Positions 16,301 to 29,200 of a stretch of DNA of 64,000 nucleotides are shown in pieces. The stretch lies in assembly GCF_009914755.1 (NCBI RefSeq), contig NC_060948.1. The stretch is one strand, 5' to 3'. Each line of letters starts with the position of its first letter. Positions within the stretch are counted from its first letter, which is position 1. Below the pieces are notes generated by a model. That model searched no databases, was not told where the DNA came from, and saw nothing but the letters and a program-made list of their open reading frames with translations. A program made the position numbers and the translations under genes. This stretch comes from the human T2T-CHM13v2.0 reference genome, Homo sapiens.

Positions 16301-18506
16301 TTTTTCATGCCTCTATCTTTTTCAATTCTGCTCTGACCTTAGTTATTTCCTGTCTTCTACTAGCTTTTGCATTCATTTCCTCTTACTATTTTAGTTCTTT
16401 GATTTGTGATTTTAGGGTGTCAATTTGAAATCTTTCTAACTTTCTGATATGGGCATTTAGTGCTCTAAATTTACCTCTTAACACTGCTTTAGCTGTGTCC
16501 CAGTGTCTGGAATGTTATCTCTTTGTTCTCATTGGTTTCAAATAACTTCATAATTTCTGCCTTATTTACCCAAGTATCATTCAGTAATAGCTTGCTTAAT
16601 TTTCATGTAGTTGTGCAATTTGGAGTGAGTTTCTTAATCCTTAGTTCTAATTTGATTGCACTGTGGTCTAAGAGACTTTTATAATTTCAGTTATTTGCAT
16701 TTGCTGAGGAGTATTTTACTTTCAATTATGTTGTTGATCTTAGAGTAAGTGCTATGTGGCACTGAGAAGCATGTATACTTTGTCAGTTTGGGATGGAGAG
16801 GTCTATAGGTATCTATTAGGTCCACTTGATATGCTTGGCACTGAGTCAAGCCCTGAATATCCTTGTTAATTTTCTGCTGCATTGATTTGTCTCATATCGA
16901 TAGTGGGGTGTTAAAGTCCCCCACTATTATTGTGTGGGAGTCGAACTCTCTTTCTAGGCCTCTAAGAACTTGTTTTATAAATATATGTGCCCTTGTATTG
17001 GGTGGATATATGTTTACTTAGTCCTTCTTGTTGAATTGAACTTTTTACCATTATGTAATGCCCTTGTCTTTTTTTTCTCTTTGTTGGTTTGAAGTCTCTT
17101 TTATCCAGATACTAGGATTACAACCCCGCTTTCTTCTGTTTTCCGTTTTCTTGGTAAATTTTCTTCCATCCCTTTATTTGTAATGTATATGTGTCTTGCA
17201 CATGAGATGTGTCACTTCAATACTGCACACCAATTTGTCTTTGCTCTTGATTCAGCTTGCCATTCTGTGTTTTTTAATTGTGGCATTTAACCTATTTACC
17301 TTTAAGGTTAATATTGTGATGTGTGAATTTGATCCTGTCTTCATGATGCTAGCTGGTTATTTTACACACTAGTTGATGCTGTTTCTTCACAATATTATTG
17401 GTCTTTATATTTTTGTGTGTTTTGCAGTGACTGGTGCCATATTTTTTTTTCTGTATTTCATGCTTTGTTCAGGAGCCCCTGCAAGGCAGTCCTGAAGGTG
17501 CTGAATCCCCACAATAGTTGCTTGTCTGAAAAGAATTGTATTTTTCTTTTTTCTTATGAAGTTTAGTTGGCTGGATATGAAATTCCGGGTTGAAAATTCT
17601 TTTCATTACCTATGTTAAATATAGGCCCCCAATCTCTTATGGTGGTAAGGTTATCTACTGAGAGATCAACTGTTATTCTTATGATCTTTCCTTTCTAGTT
17701 TAGTTGGCCTTTCTCTCTGGCTGCCCTTAATATTTTTCCCTTCATTTAGACCTTGAAGAATCTGATGCTTATGTGTCTTGGGGTTGATCTTCTTGTGGTA
17801 TGTCTTAGTGGGGTTCTCTGTATTTCCTGAATTTGAAGCTTGGTCTGTCTTGCTAGGTTGGGGAAGTTCTCCTGGTTAATATCCTAACGTGTGGTTTTCA
17901 ACTTGGTTCTATTTTCTCTGTATCTTTCCGGTACTCCCAGTCATTGATTAGGTCTTTTACATAGTCTCATATTTCCCAAAGTGTTTGTTCATTAATTTTC
18001 ATTCTTTTTCTCTAATCTTGTCTGCCTGCCTTACCTCAGCAAGATAATCTTTCATCTCTAATATTCTTTTTTTCTGCTTTTTTGATTCAGCTATTGATAC
18101 TTGTGTTTGCTTTATGAAGTTCTTGTGCTGCATTTTTCACCTCCACTCCCCAGGTCATTTATATTCCTCTCTAAATTGGTCATTCTAGTTACCACCTCCT
18201 CTAACCTTTTATTAATGTTCTTAGCTTTTTTGCTTTGGTTTAGAACATGCTCTTTTACCTCAGTGAAGTTTGTTCTTACCTACCTTCTGAAGTCTTCTTT
18301 TGTCAATTCATTCATCTCATCTTCCATACAGTTCTGAAGAGGCATTGCGATTATTTGGAGGAGGAAAGGCACTCCAGCTTTTTGGGTTTTTAACATTTTT
18401 TGTTGATTATTTCTCATCTTCTTGAGTTTGTTCAGTTTTGATCTTTTAGACTGCTGATGTTTTGACAAGGTCTTTGTGGTGACTTTTTTTGTTGATGCCA
18501 TTGTTA

Positions 18507-18551
<45 letters not shown>

Positions 18552-19516
18552 AACAGTCAGTTCCCTCTTCTGTAGGGCTGCTGTTTGCTGGGGTTTAATT
18601 TCAAGCCCATTTATCTGGTTCACTCCTGTGCCTGGAGATATCATTTGAGGAGTCCCGAGGACAGCAAAGATGGGTGCCTGCTCCTTCCTCTGGAATTTCT
18701 GACCACAAGGGGTGCTGACCTGATGCCAGTAGGTATGTTCATGTATAGGATTTCTGACAACCCCTGTTGTGGGATCTCACCCAGTTAGGTGGTATAGGAA
18801 GGAGGACCAATTTAATAATGCATTTTTGCTATCGTTTGGTGGAAGGAGTGTGCTGCACTGGGGGGAAAACCACTCGTCTGGGCTGCCCAGATTCCTCAGA
18901 GCTAGCAGGAGAAACAACTGAGTCTGTTGGTCTATGGCGACTATGGCGTCCTCTCCTCCTAGGGGCTTGGGCCCAGGGAGATCATAGTTCTCTTCCTGAC
19001 CCCAGGGAGACCCTGAAGCCATAGTGTTGGCTGCTGGACCTCCCCCATGGAGCTCAGATAGCTTAGAGTTCAGGCAGCTCCAACAGTGGTTACGGCGGCC
19101 CCTCTTCCTTGATAACTCAGCAGGATTAGGCCAATTATAGCCATATGGGTGTTAACAATGTGCATGCCTTTGTGTTTGGGGCCCAAGGACCCAGGGGTGT
19201 GGGCCCTGAGAGAGATCTTGTGATCTGTGGGTTTCACAGTTTCCAGAAAAAGCTTAGTTTCTTTGGCTGTGTAGCATGCTAACTCACTGAGTCCATTGGC
19301 TGAGAGTGGAAGTTTCCCTGCCCCATATGGCTGTCAGGTGGGCTGCTGCACCGCACAGCTCTGTTTCTGTCCGTGGGTCACGCTAGCTGCCTAGTCATTC
19401 CTAATGACAGAGCCTGAATGCCCAATTGCTCGTGCAGGGTTCTGATGTTGCTTTGGATATTTTTGATGGGAATCTTTGATCACCCTTGCTTCTAGTCAGC
19501 CATATTGGCCCCTTCC
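13344..19516 (-). mobile_element. Full-length (~6.2 kb) older L1PA (L1PA8-10-like), decayed
   Basis: ORF2 fragments (13620-16882), ORF1 remnant (18280-18501) and 5' end tagtcagccatattggcccc. Imperfect TSD tgtatgttcatt (13331) / tgtatgtcaatt (19517). Confidence 0.85.
18512..18546. repeat. (TG)n microsatellite
   Basis: About 17 perfect TG units within the L1 5' UTR. Confidence 0.95.
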
Positions 19517-19835
19517 TGTATGTCAATTTTTTTTTTGTTTTGTAACTTTATTGAATTTGCTTACCAGTTCTAATAGTTTTTCGTGGATGCTTTAGTATTT
19601 TCTAAATAGATTATATTATCTGAAAACAGATAATTTGACTGCTTTTCTAATTTTGTTTTCTGTGTTTTTTTTCTCCCTCCCTTCTGATTGTACTTTTTAG
19701 GACTTCCAGTACTATGTTGAGTAACAGTGGTAAAAGTGGACATCTTAACAAGGATTGCAACAGTGTTGCAGATCTTATAAAAAATACTTTTTTTCACCAT
19801 TCAGTATGATGTTAGCTATGGGTCTGTTGTGTATG

Positions 19836-20138
19836 TTTTTTTTTTTTTTTTTATTTTCAAGACAGTGTTTTGCTCTTGTTGCCCAGGCTGGAGTACAATG
19901 GAACAATCTTGGCTCACTGCAACCTCCGCTTCCTGGGTTCAAGTGATTTTCCTGCCTCAGACTCTTGAGTAGCTGGGATTACAAGCAAGTGCCACCATGC
20001 TCAGCTAATTTTGTATTTTTAGTAGGAATGGGGTTTCTCCATGTTGGTCGCCAGTCTCAAATGCCTGACCTTAGGTGATCCTCCCACCTCGGCCTCTCAA
20101 AGTGCTGGGAATACAGGCATGAGCCATCGTGCCTGGCC
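19836..20138 (-). mobile_element. AluS (Sp/Sq-like)
   Basis: Poly-T followed by gacagtgttttgctcttgttgcccaggctgg...gagccatcgtgcctggcc. Confidence 0.95.
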
Positions 20139-20626
20139 TGGATTTTTCTATAATATGTTGCAGAATATGGCTTTTAATTATAAAGAAATGTTCAACTTTA
20201 TCAAATGATTTTTTCCACATCAATTGAAATGATTATATGATTTTGGCCTTCATTCAGTTCATATGACTGTCACATTGATTTACATATATTGAACTATTCT
20301 TATATCCCTCAGATAAACTCCATTTGGTCACATTGAATGATGTCTTTAGTGTGTTGAATTTGGTTTGCTAATATTTTGTTGAGAATTTTTGCATAAGTAC
20401 TTATTAGAGATATTGGCCCCTAGTTTATTTGTTTATGTGTCTGTCATTTTGGTTATTAGGGTAATCCCAGTCTCCTATAATGAGTATGAAAGTATTCCCT
20501 CCTTTCCATTTTTTGAAATAATTTTAGTAGAATTCATGCTAGTTATTATTTAAGTGTTTTGTAAAATTTAGCGGTGAAGCCATCAGCTACTGGACTTTTT
20601 TTTTTTTTAATTAAAGATATTATATT

Positions 20627-20917
20627 GGCTGGGTGCAGTGGCTCACACCTGTAATCCCAGCACTTTGGGAGGCGGAGGTGGGCAAATTACCTTAGTTTGG
20701 GGGTTCAAGAACAGGTTGACCAACATGTAGAAACCCCATCACTACTAAAAATACAAAATTAGCTGGGGGTGGTGGTGCATCCCTGTAATCCTAGCTACTT
20801 GGGAGGCTGAGGCAGGACAATCGCTTGAACCCAGGAAGTGGAGGTTGCAGTGAGCCAAGAGTGTGCAATGCCCTCCAGCCTGGGCAACAAGGGCAAAACT
20901 CTGTCTAAAACAAACCA
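20627..20917 (+). mobile_element. AluS (Sp/Sq-like)
   Basis: ggctgggtgcagtggctcacacctgtaatccc...gggcaacaagggcaaaactctgtct plus A tail. Degenerate TSD aaagatattatatt / aaaaatattttctt. Confidence 0.95.
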
Positions 20918-21132
20918 AAAAATATTTTCTTATAATTTTCTTTTCATTACTTTGTTATTGGTCTGTTCAGGTTTTGGATTTATTCTTGATTCAATTATAG
21001 CAGACTGTTTGCATCTTGCAATTTACCACCTTCTCCCAAATTTCCAATTAATTGATATATGGTTGCTCATATTATCTGCTGATGATATTTGAATATTTGT
21101 AGTATAAGTTGTAAAGTCTTTTTTTAAATCTC

Positions 21133-21520
21133 TGATATGATTTGGCTCTCTGTCTCCACCCAAATCTCAAGTTGAATTTTAATCCCCATTTTTGGAAGTG
21201 GACCCTGATAGGAGGTGACTGGATCAGGAGGTGATATCTAATGCTTTATTTCTACCTCCTGTCCTAGTTCTGGCTTATGATGGAGTTCTCACAGATCTGA
21301 TTGTTTGAAAGTGTGTAGTACCCCCTTTCTTTCTTTCTTGCTGGCCATATGCAAAGGTGCTTGCTTTCTCTTTATCTTCAGCCATGACTGTATGCTTCCT
21401 GAGGCCTCTCTAGAAGCAGATATCTGTACAGCTTATAGAATTGTGAGCCAGTTAAACATCTTCTCTTTATAAATTACTCTCAGGTATGTCTTTGTAATGG
21501 TGCAAGAGCAGACTAATACA
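21133..21520 (+). mobile_element. MaLR solo LTR (MSTA-like)
   Basis: Starts tgatatgatttggctc...cccaaatctc and ends gactaataca. 5-bp TSD atctc at 21128-21132 and 21521-21525. Confidence 0.9.
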
Positions 21521-21961
21521 ATCTCTAATTCTATTTAATTAAATTTTCTCCAATTTTTTCTTCATTAGTCTGATTAAGTTTGTCAATACTGTTTATCTTT
21601 TTTAAAAACTTTTTTTAAATTTTTTTTATTTTCTTAGGTTTTGGTGGAAACAGTTGGCATTTCATTACGAGTGAGGTCTTTAGAGATTATCTGTGAGATT
21701 TTTGATGCATCCATCACCTAAGCAGTATACACTAAACTCAATTTGTATTGTATTATTCCTTATCTCCCTCCCTCCTTTCCCCTCAATCCCCAACATCCAT
21801 TATACCATTCTTATGTTTTTCACCCTCATAGCTTAGCTATCTCTTATAAGTGAGAACATATGATGTTTTGTTTTTCATACCTACTTAAGTAACTTCATGT
21901 AGAATAATAGTATGTACTTCCATCCAGGGTCCTGTGAATGCCATTAATTTCTTTTTATGGC

Positions 21962-22997
21962 TGAGTAGTATTTTAGTGTGTGTGTATATATATATGGTGT
22001 GTACATATATATGTAGTATTTTGTGTATATATATGGTGTGTGTACATATATATGTAGTATTTCATATATATGCAGTATTTTGGTATGTGTTTATATATAT
22101 ATGGTGTGTGTACATATATATGTAGTATTTTGTGTATATATATGTAGTATTTTGGTGTATGTGTATATATATGATGTATGTGTATATATATGTAGTATTT
22201 TGGTGTGTGTGTATACATACATATATACATGTATATACACACATATATGTATGTATGTATGTGTACATATATGTATGTATGTGTACATATATGTATGTAT
22301 GTGTACATATATGTATGTATGTGCACATATATGTATGTATGTGTACATGTATGTATGTATGTGTACATATATGTATGTATGTGCACATATATGTATGTAT
22401 GTGTACATATATGTATGTATGTGTACATATATGTATGTATGTGTACATATATGTATGTATGTGTACATATATGTATATATGTATGTGTACATATATGTAT
22501 GTATGTGTACATATATGTATGTATGTGTACATATATGTATGTATGTGTACATATATGTATGTATGTGTACATATATGTATGTATGTATGTGTACATATAT
22601 GTATATATGTATGTGTACATACATATGCACTTCCATATATACATGGATAAATATACACACACCAAAATACTACATATATATACATACACCATATATATAT
22701 ACTCACACCAAAATACTACATATATATACACAAAATACTACATATATGTACACACAGCATATATATACACACACACCAAAATACTACATATATAAATACA
22801 CCATATATATACACACACCAAAATACTACATATATATACACAAAATACTACATATATGTACACACACCATATATATATACACACACATCAAAATACTACA
22901 TATATATACAAAATACTACATATATATATACACACCATGTATATACACACCAAAATACTACATATATATACATATACAAAATACTATATATATATAC
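21962..22997. repeat. Composite AT/GT-rich minisatellite with inverted arms and a central 20-bp tandem array
   Basis: Left arm has gtagtatttt(g)gtgt... units. The centre (about 22245-22620) is (atgtatgtatgtgtacatat)n. The right arm has acaccaaaatactac units, the reverse complement of the left arm. Confidence 0.95.
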
Positions 22998-24090
22998 AGC
23001 TTCTTTATCAACTAGTCGATTGACAGAAATTTGGGCTGGTTCCATTTTTTGCAATTGTAAATTGTGCTGCTATAAAAATGCATGTGCAAGTATGTTTCAC
23101 ATATAATAACTTTTTTTCTTCTGGGTAGATACCCAGTAGAGAAATTTCTGGATCAAATGGTCGTTCTACATTTAAAAATCTTCACAGTGCTCTCCATAGT
23201 GGTTGTACTAGTTTACATTTCCACCAACAGTGTAAAATGTTCCCTTTTAACCACATCTACACTAACTTTTTTTTTAAATTATGGACATTCTTGCAGGAGT
23301 AATGTGGTATCACGTTGTGATTGTGATTTTTATTTGCATCCCTGATTATTATTAATGTTGAGCATTTTTAAACATGTTTGTTGTTCATTTGTATATCTTT
23401 TTTTGAGAATTGCTTATTCATGTTGTTAGCCCATTTTTTGATAGGATTTTTTGTTTTTTCATTGTTAATGGGTTTGAGTTCCTTGTAGATTTTGGATATT
23501 ATCTTCTGACAGATATATAAATTGTAAATATTTTCTTCCACTCTGTGGGCTGTTTACTCTGCTGACTGTTCCATTTGCTGTGTAGAAGCTCGTTAGGTTA
23601 ATTATGTTTCACCTATTTATCTGTGGGTGTTTTTGTTGCATTTGCTTCTGCATTCTTGGTCGTGAAGTCTTTGCCTAAGCAAATGTCTGCAAGGGTTTAT
23701 CTGATGTTATCTTCTAGAATTTTTATAGTTTAAGGTCTTAGATTTGAGTTCTTGATCCATCTTGAGTTGAGGTTTTTATATGGTGAGAAATGAGTATCCA
23801 GTTCCATTCTCCTACATGTGGCTTCCCAATTATCCCAGTACCATTTGTTGAAAAGGATGTATTTACCCACTTTATGTTTTAGTTTGCTTTGCCAAAGATC
23901 AGTTGACCACAAATATTTGGCTTTATTCCTGGGTTCTCTATTTTGTTTCATTGGTCTATGTGCCTATGTTTGTACCAGTACCATGTTGTTTTGGTGACTG
24001 TGGCCTTATAGTGTAGTTTGAAGTCAGGTAATGTAATGCCTCCAGATTTGTTCTTTTTTCTTTGTCTTAGCCTTGCTTTGGCTAGACAGG

Positions 24091-24123
<33 letters not shown>

Positions 24124-25915
24124 GTTGCATATGAATTTTAGGATTTTTTCTCTGCTTCTGTAAAGAATAATAGTGGTATTTTGATGAAATTACATGTAAT
24201 TTTTAGTTGCCTTTGACAGTATGGTCATTTTCTCAATATTGATTCTGCTTAGCTATGAGCATGAAATGTGTTTCCATTGGTTTGTGTCATCTATGATTTC
24301 TTTCAGCACTGTTTTGCAGTTTTCCTTGCAGGGGTCTTTTATTTCCTTGGTTAGTTATGTTTCTAAGTATTTTTTGCAGCTATTTTAAAAGGAGTGGAGT
24401 TCTTGATTTGATTCTCCAGTTGGTTGCTGTTGGTATATAGCAGAGCTACTGATTTGTGTACATAAATTTTGTATCCTGAAATTTTGCTGAATTTATTTTT
24501 CAGTTCTATATGGTTTTTGGAAATGTATTGAGCATTTTCTAGGTATATGATTAAATCATCAGCAAACAGGGACAGTTTGACTCCCACTCTACCAATTTAG
24601 ATATCTTAATTTTCTTCTCTTGTCTGACTACATTAGCTAAGACTTTCAGTTCCATGTTGAATATAAGTGGTGAGAAAGGGCATCCTTGTTTTTTTTCAGT
24701 TCTCAGAGAAAACACTTTCAAGTTTTCTTCACTCAGTATTATGTTTGCTGTGAGTTTGTCTTATGTGGTTTTTATTACACTGAGGTATGTCCCTTTTATG
24801 ACAACTTTGCTGGGGGTTTTAATCACAAAGCGATGTTGGGTTTTGTCAAATACTTTTATCTGTGTCTATTGAGATGATAATATGATTTTTGTTTTTAATT
24901 ATGTTTAGGTGGTAAATCACATTGGTTGAGGGTTAAAGCATCCCTGCATCCCTGGCATAAAATCCACATGATCATAGTAGATTATCTTTTTGATATATTG
25001 TTGAATTCAGTCAGCTATAGCGTTTGGTTAAGGATTGTCACATCTATATTAATCAGAGATATTGATCTGTAGTTTTATGTTGTTGCTATATTATTTCTTG
25101 GTTTTGGTAATAAGGTGATACTGGCTTTCTCTTGTGGAATATTATCGATAGATTCGAAGCATTTTTTTTTTTTTTTTTGAATCCCTGATAGAATTCAGTG
25201 GTGAATCCATCTAGTCCTGGCCTTTGTTTTTGTTGTTGGTAATTTTTAAATTACTTTTTCAATCTCACTCCTTGTTATAGGTCTGCTAAGGGTTTCTAAT
25301 TCTTACCAGTTTATGCTAAGAGGGTTGTACATTTTCAGGAATTTTTTCATTTCTTCTAGGTTTTCTAGCTCCTGTATGTAAAACTGTTGATAGTAGTCTT
25401 GAACAATCTTTTGTATTTCTGTGGTGTCAGTTGTAATATCTCTCATTTTCTTTCTAATTATTTGGATCTTCTCTCTTCTTTTCTTGGTTCATATTGCCAA
25501 TGGTCTATCAATTTTATTTGTCTTTAAATAACTGCTTTTTGTTTCTTTTATGTTTTGTATATTTTTGTTTCAGTTTCACTTAGCTCCTCTCTGATCTCAG
25601 TTATTTCCTTTCTTCTGCTGAGTTTTGGATTGGTTTCTTCTTTCTTTAGTTCCTTGAGATGTGATGTTAGATTGCCTATTTGTGCTCCTTCAGTCTTTTT
25701 TAACATAAGGGTTTAAAGCTATAAGCTTTCCTCTCAGCAGCCACTTTGCTGTATCCTGGAGGTTTTTATAGGTTTTTTTCACCATTATTGTTCAGAGCAA
25801 AAAAATTTTTAGTGTTTATCTTGATTTCATTTTTGATCCAATGATCATTCTGGAGCAGGTTATTTAATTTCTATGTATTTACAAGGCTTTGAAGGTTCCT
25901 TGGAACCTTCAAAGG

Positions 25916-26221
<306 letters not shown>

Positions 26222-29200
26222 TGGAGTTGGTTTTTAATTATATTCCAGTGCGTTCTGAGAGAGTACTTGATATAATTTCAATTTTCTTAAATTTATTGAG
26301 GCTTGTTCTGTGGCCTATCATATGGTTTATCTTAGAGTAAGTTCCATCTGCTAAGGAATAGAATGTATATTCTGTAGTCATTGGGTAGAATGTTCGGTAA
26401 ATACCTATTCTATTTTTCTTAGGTTAGAGTTTAAATCCCTTGTTTCTTTGCTGACTTTCTGTCTTGATAACCTGTACAGTGCTGTAGCCACAGTATTTAA
26501 TTCCCACATTATTTCAGTGTTGCTATCTATTTTATTTCTTAATTTAGTAGCAATTGTTTTATAAATTTGGGAGTTCCAGTGTCAGGTGCATATATATTTA
26601 GGATTGTAATATTTTTCTGTTTGACAAGGCCTTTTATCATAGTATTATAATTCACCATCTTTTTTAACTTATGTTACTTTAAAGTTTGCTGTGTCTAAAA
26701 TAAGAACAGCTACTTTTGCTCAACTTTGGTGTCCATTTGCATAATTTTTTTTTCACCCATTTACTTTAAGTTTATGTGAGTCCTTATGGGTTAGGTGAGT
26801 TTCTTGAAGATAGCTGATACTTGATTGGTGAATTCTCATTCATTCTGCTATTCTCTGTTTTCTAAGTGTAGCATTCAGTCCATTTACAGTTGACATTATT
26901 ATTGAAATGTGAGATACTCCTCCATTCATTGTGCTGTTAGATGCCTGAATACACCTTCTTTAATTTTTATTTTTATAGGTCCTGTAAGATTTATGCTGTA
27001 AATATGCTCTGTTTTGATGCATTTCTAGGATTTGTTTGAAGATGTAGAGGTTTTTTTTGGCGGGGGGAGTTTCTTTAAGTGCTGGCTTGATAGTGGTGAA
27101 CTCACTCATCATTGGTTTGTCTAAAAAATATGTATGTTTCCTTTAGTTATGAAGCTCAGTTTCACTGGATATGAAATTTTTGGCTGATAATTGCTTCATT
27201 TAAGGAGGCTAAAAATAAGCCCCAATTCCTTCCAGCTTGTGGGGTTACTGCTGAAAAATCTGCTGTTAATCTAATAATCTTTATAAGAATCTATAATTCT
27301 TTATAAATTATCTAGTGCCTTTTCTTCACAGCTATTATGATTCTTTCCTTCCTCTTGACTTTAGAAAGCCTAACGACAATGTCTCTTGGTGATGACATTT
27401 TTGCAATAAATTTCTCAGGTGTTCTTTGAGCTTCTTGTGTTTGGATGTCTACATCTCCAGCAAGGCCAGAAATTTTTTCTGAATTATTATTTCCTCAAAT
27501 ACATTTTCTAAAATCTTAGATTTCTCTTCTTCCTCAGAAATGTCTATTATTCTTAGGTTTAATTACTTAACATAATCCCAAATATCATGGAGGCTTTCTT
27601 CTTCTTCTTTTTTTTTTTTTTTTTTTTTTTGTCTTTTTTAGATTGGGTTAATTCAAAACTCTTTCTTTGAGGCCTGAGGTATTTTCTCATACTTGTTTGA
27701 TTCTATTGCTGAGACTTTCTGGTACTTTTTGCATTTTTCTAAGTGTTTCCTTTATTTCTTGAAATTGTAATTGTTTAATGCTATCTATTTCCTGACAGTT
27801 TATTTTCTCTGGTGGTGCCGTGTTTACTTTAATAATCAAAACATTCAAATTCTTCTTCAGGCAATCCAGGGATTTTTTTCTTAGTTTAGATATACTGCTG
27901 GTGAGCTAATGTGACATTCTGTGGATGTTAAAGAACCTTGTTTTGTCAAATTACCAGTTACTTTTCCAGTTTCTTCTCCTTTGGGTTGGCTATTTCAGAA
28001 AAAAGATCTGGGGCTTATGGCTGCTGTTCAGATTCTTTTCTTCCTTGGGGTTCTCTCGATGTAGTACTCTGCCCCTCTTACTAGAGATGTGGCTTCCTCT
28101 GAGCTGAATTGTAGTGATTTTTATTTTTCCTCAGGATCTAGCCACTCAGCAAGCTAACAAGCTCCACACTGATACTAAAGTGCAGAGTCCTGTGATGTGA
28201 ACCATATTCAGGTCTCTTAGCCATGGATACCAGCACTAGCACCAGTGGAGGTGAAAGGGAAGTACAATGGGCTCTGTGGGGGTACTTAGTTGTATAGTTC
28301 TTTAATGCATTAGTGTAGTGCTGGTTGACATCCTCTCAGAAGCTGGTGCTTTCAAGAGAGCACTAGCTGTGGTAAGTATAGAAAGGATCAGACAGTGGAT
28401 GCACCCGCAGAACTCTCAATAGAATAAGACGTTTGTCCTCAGCTACAATGTTACAAGCTTGGATAGGAAAGGACCATCAGGTGGAGGAAGGGTGAGATGA
28501 GTCTGAGCTCAGACTCCCTTCTGGAAGGTCTTGCTGCTGCTGCTGCTATGGGGATGGGGATCTGGTTTTCAGGTCAGTGAGTTATGTTCCCAGGAGGTTT
28601 ATGGCTGCATCTGTTGTGCCATTCAGGTTTTCAGAGATGTGGGGAAAATTCAGCATTTACAGGCCTCACTCAGCTTCCATACAACCCAAAAATCCAGTTT
28701 CACTCCCACAGTGTTCCTCTCAGCAGCACTGAGTTAGTTTCCAGACAGTGAGCCAGCAGGACTGAGAACTTGAACCAGGATACTGAGAAAGCAAGCAGGA
28801 CTTTCCCCGCTCCCTGCCTGTCAAGTCTGCACGCTGGATTAATTTCTTCCTCGAGTTCTGACCAGGAGACTTCATATTTGATTGTAATTGTTTAAAATTT
28901 CAGTTGGAGGTTCCTTTCTTCTTGTAGTCTTTTTCCAGTTCCTCTGGCATTCACCATGAAGACCCCAGGGAGAAAAGTAAGAAATGACTTTCTTGGGGAC
29001 CCAGAGAACTCAAAAGGCTTTTCCCACTGCCTCCTCTACCCAGGTATTTGGCTTGGCTCTCTAAATTAACTCAGCTTCAGGTGAGCTGCAATTCTACTAT
29101 CCTGACATCGACATTTAGGTTCCCTAGTGGGGTGTGTTTTCAGGGGCAAATGATCCCATTCTCCCACTTCCACAATTTGGACAGTCTCAGTATTTGGATT

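Noticed and set aside
21934-23015. Long ORFs of 170-330 aa (Y/I/H/T/C/M/V-rich) in several frames on both strands
   Set aside because: Artefacts of the stop-free TA/TG minisatellite. Not a CRISPR array either, since there are no unique spacers.
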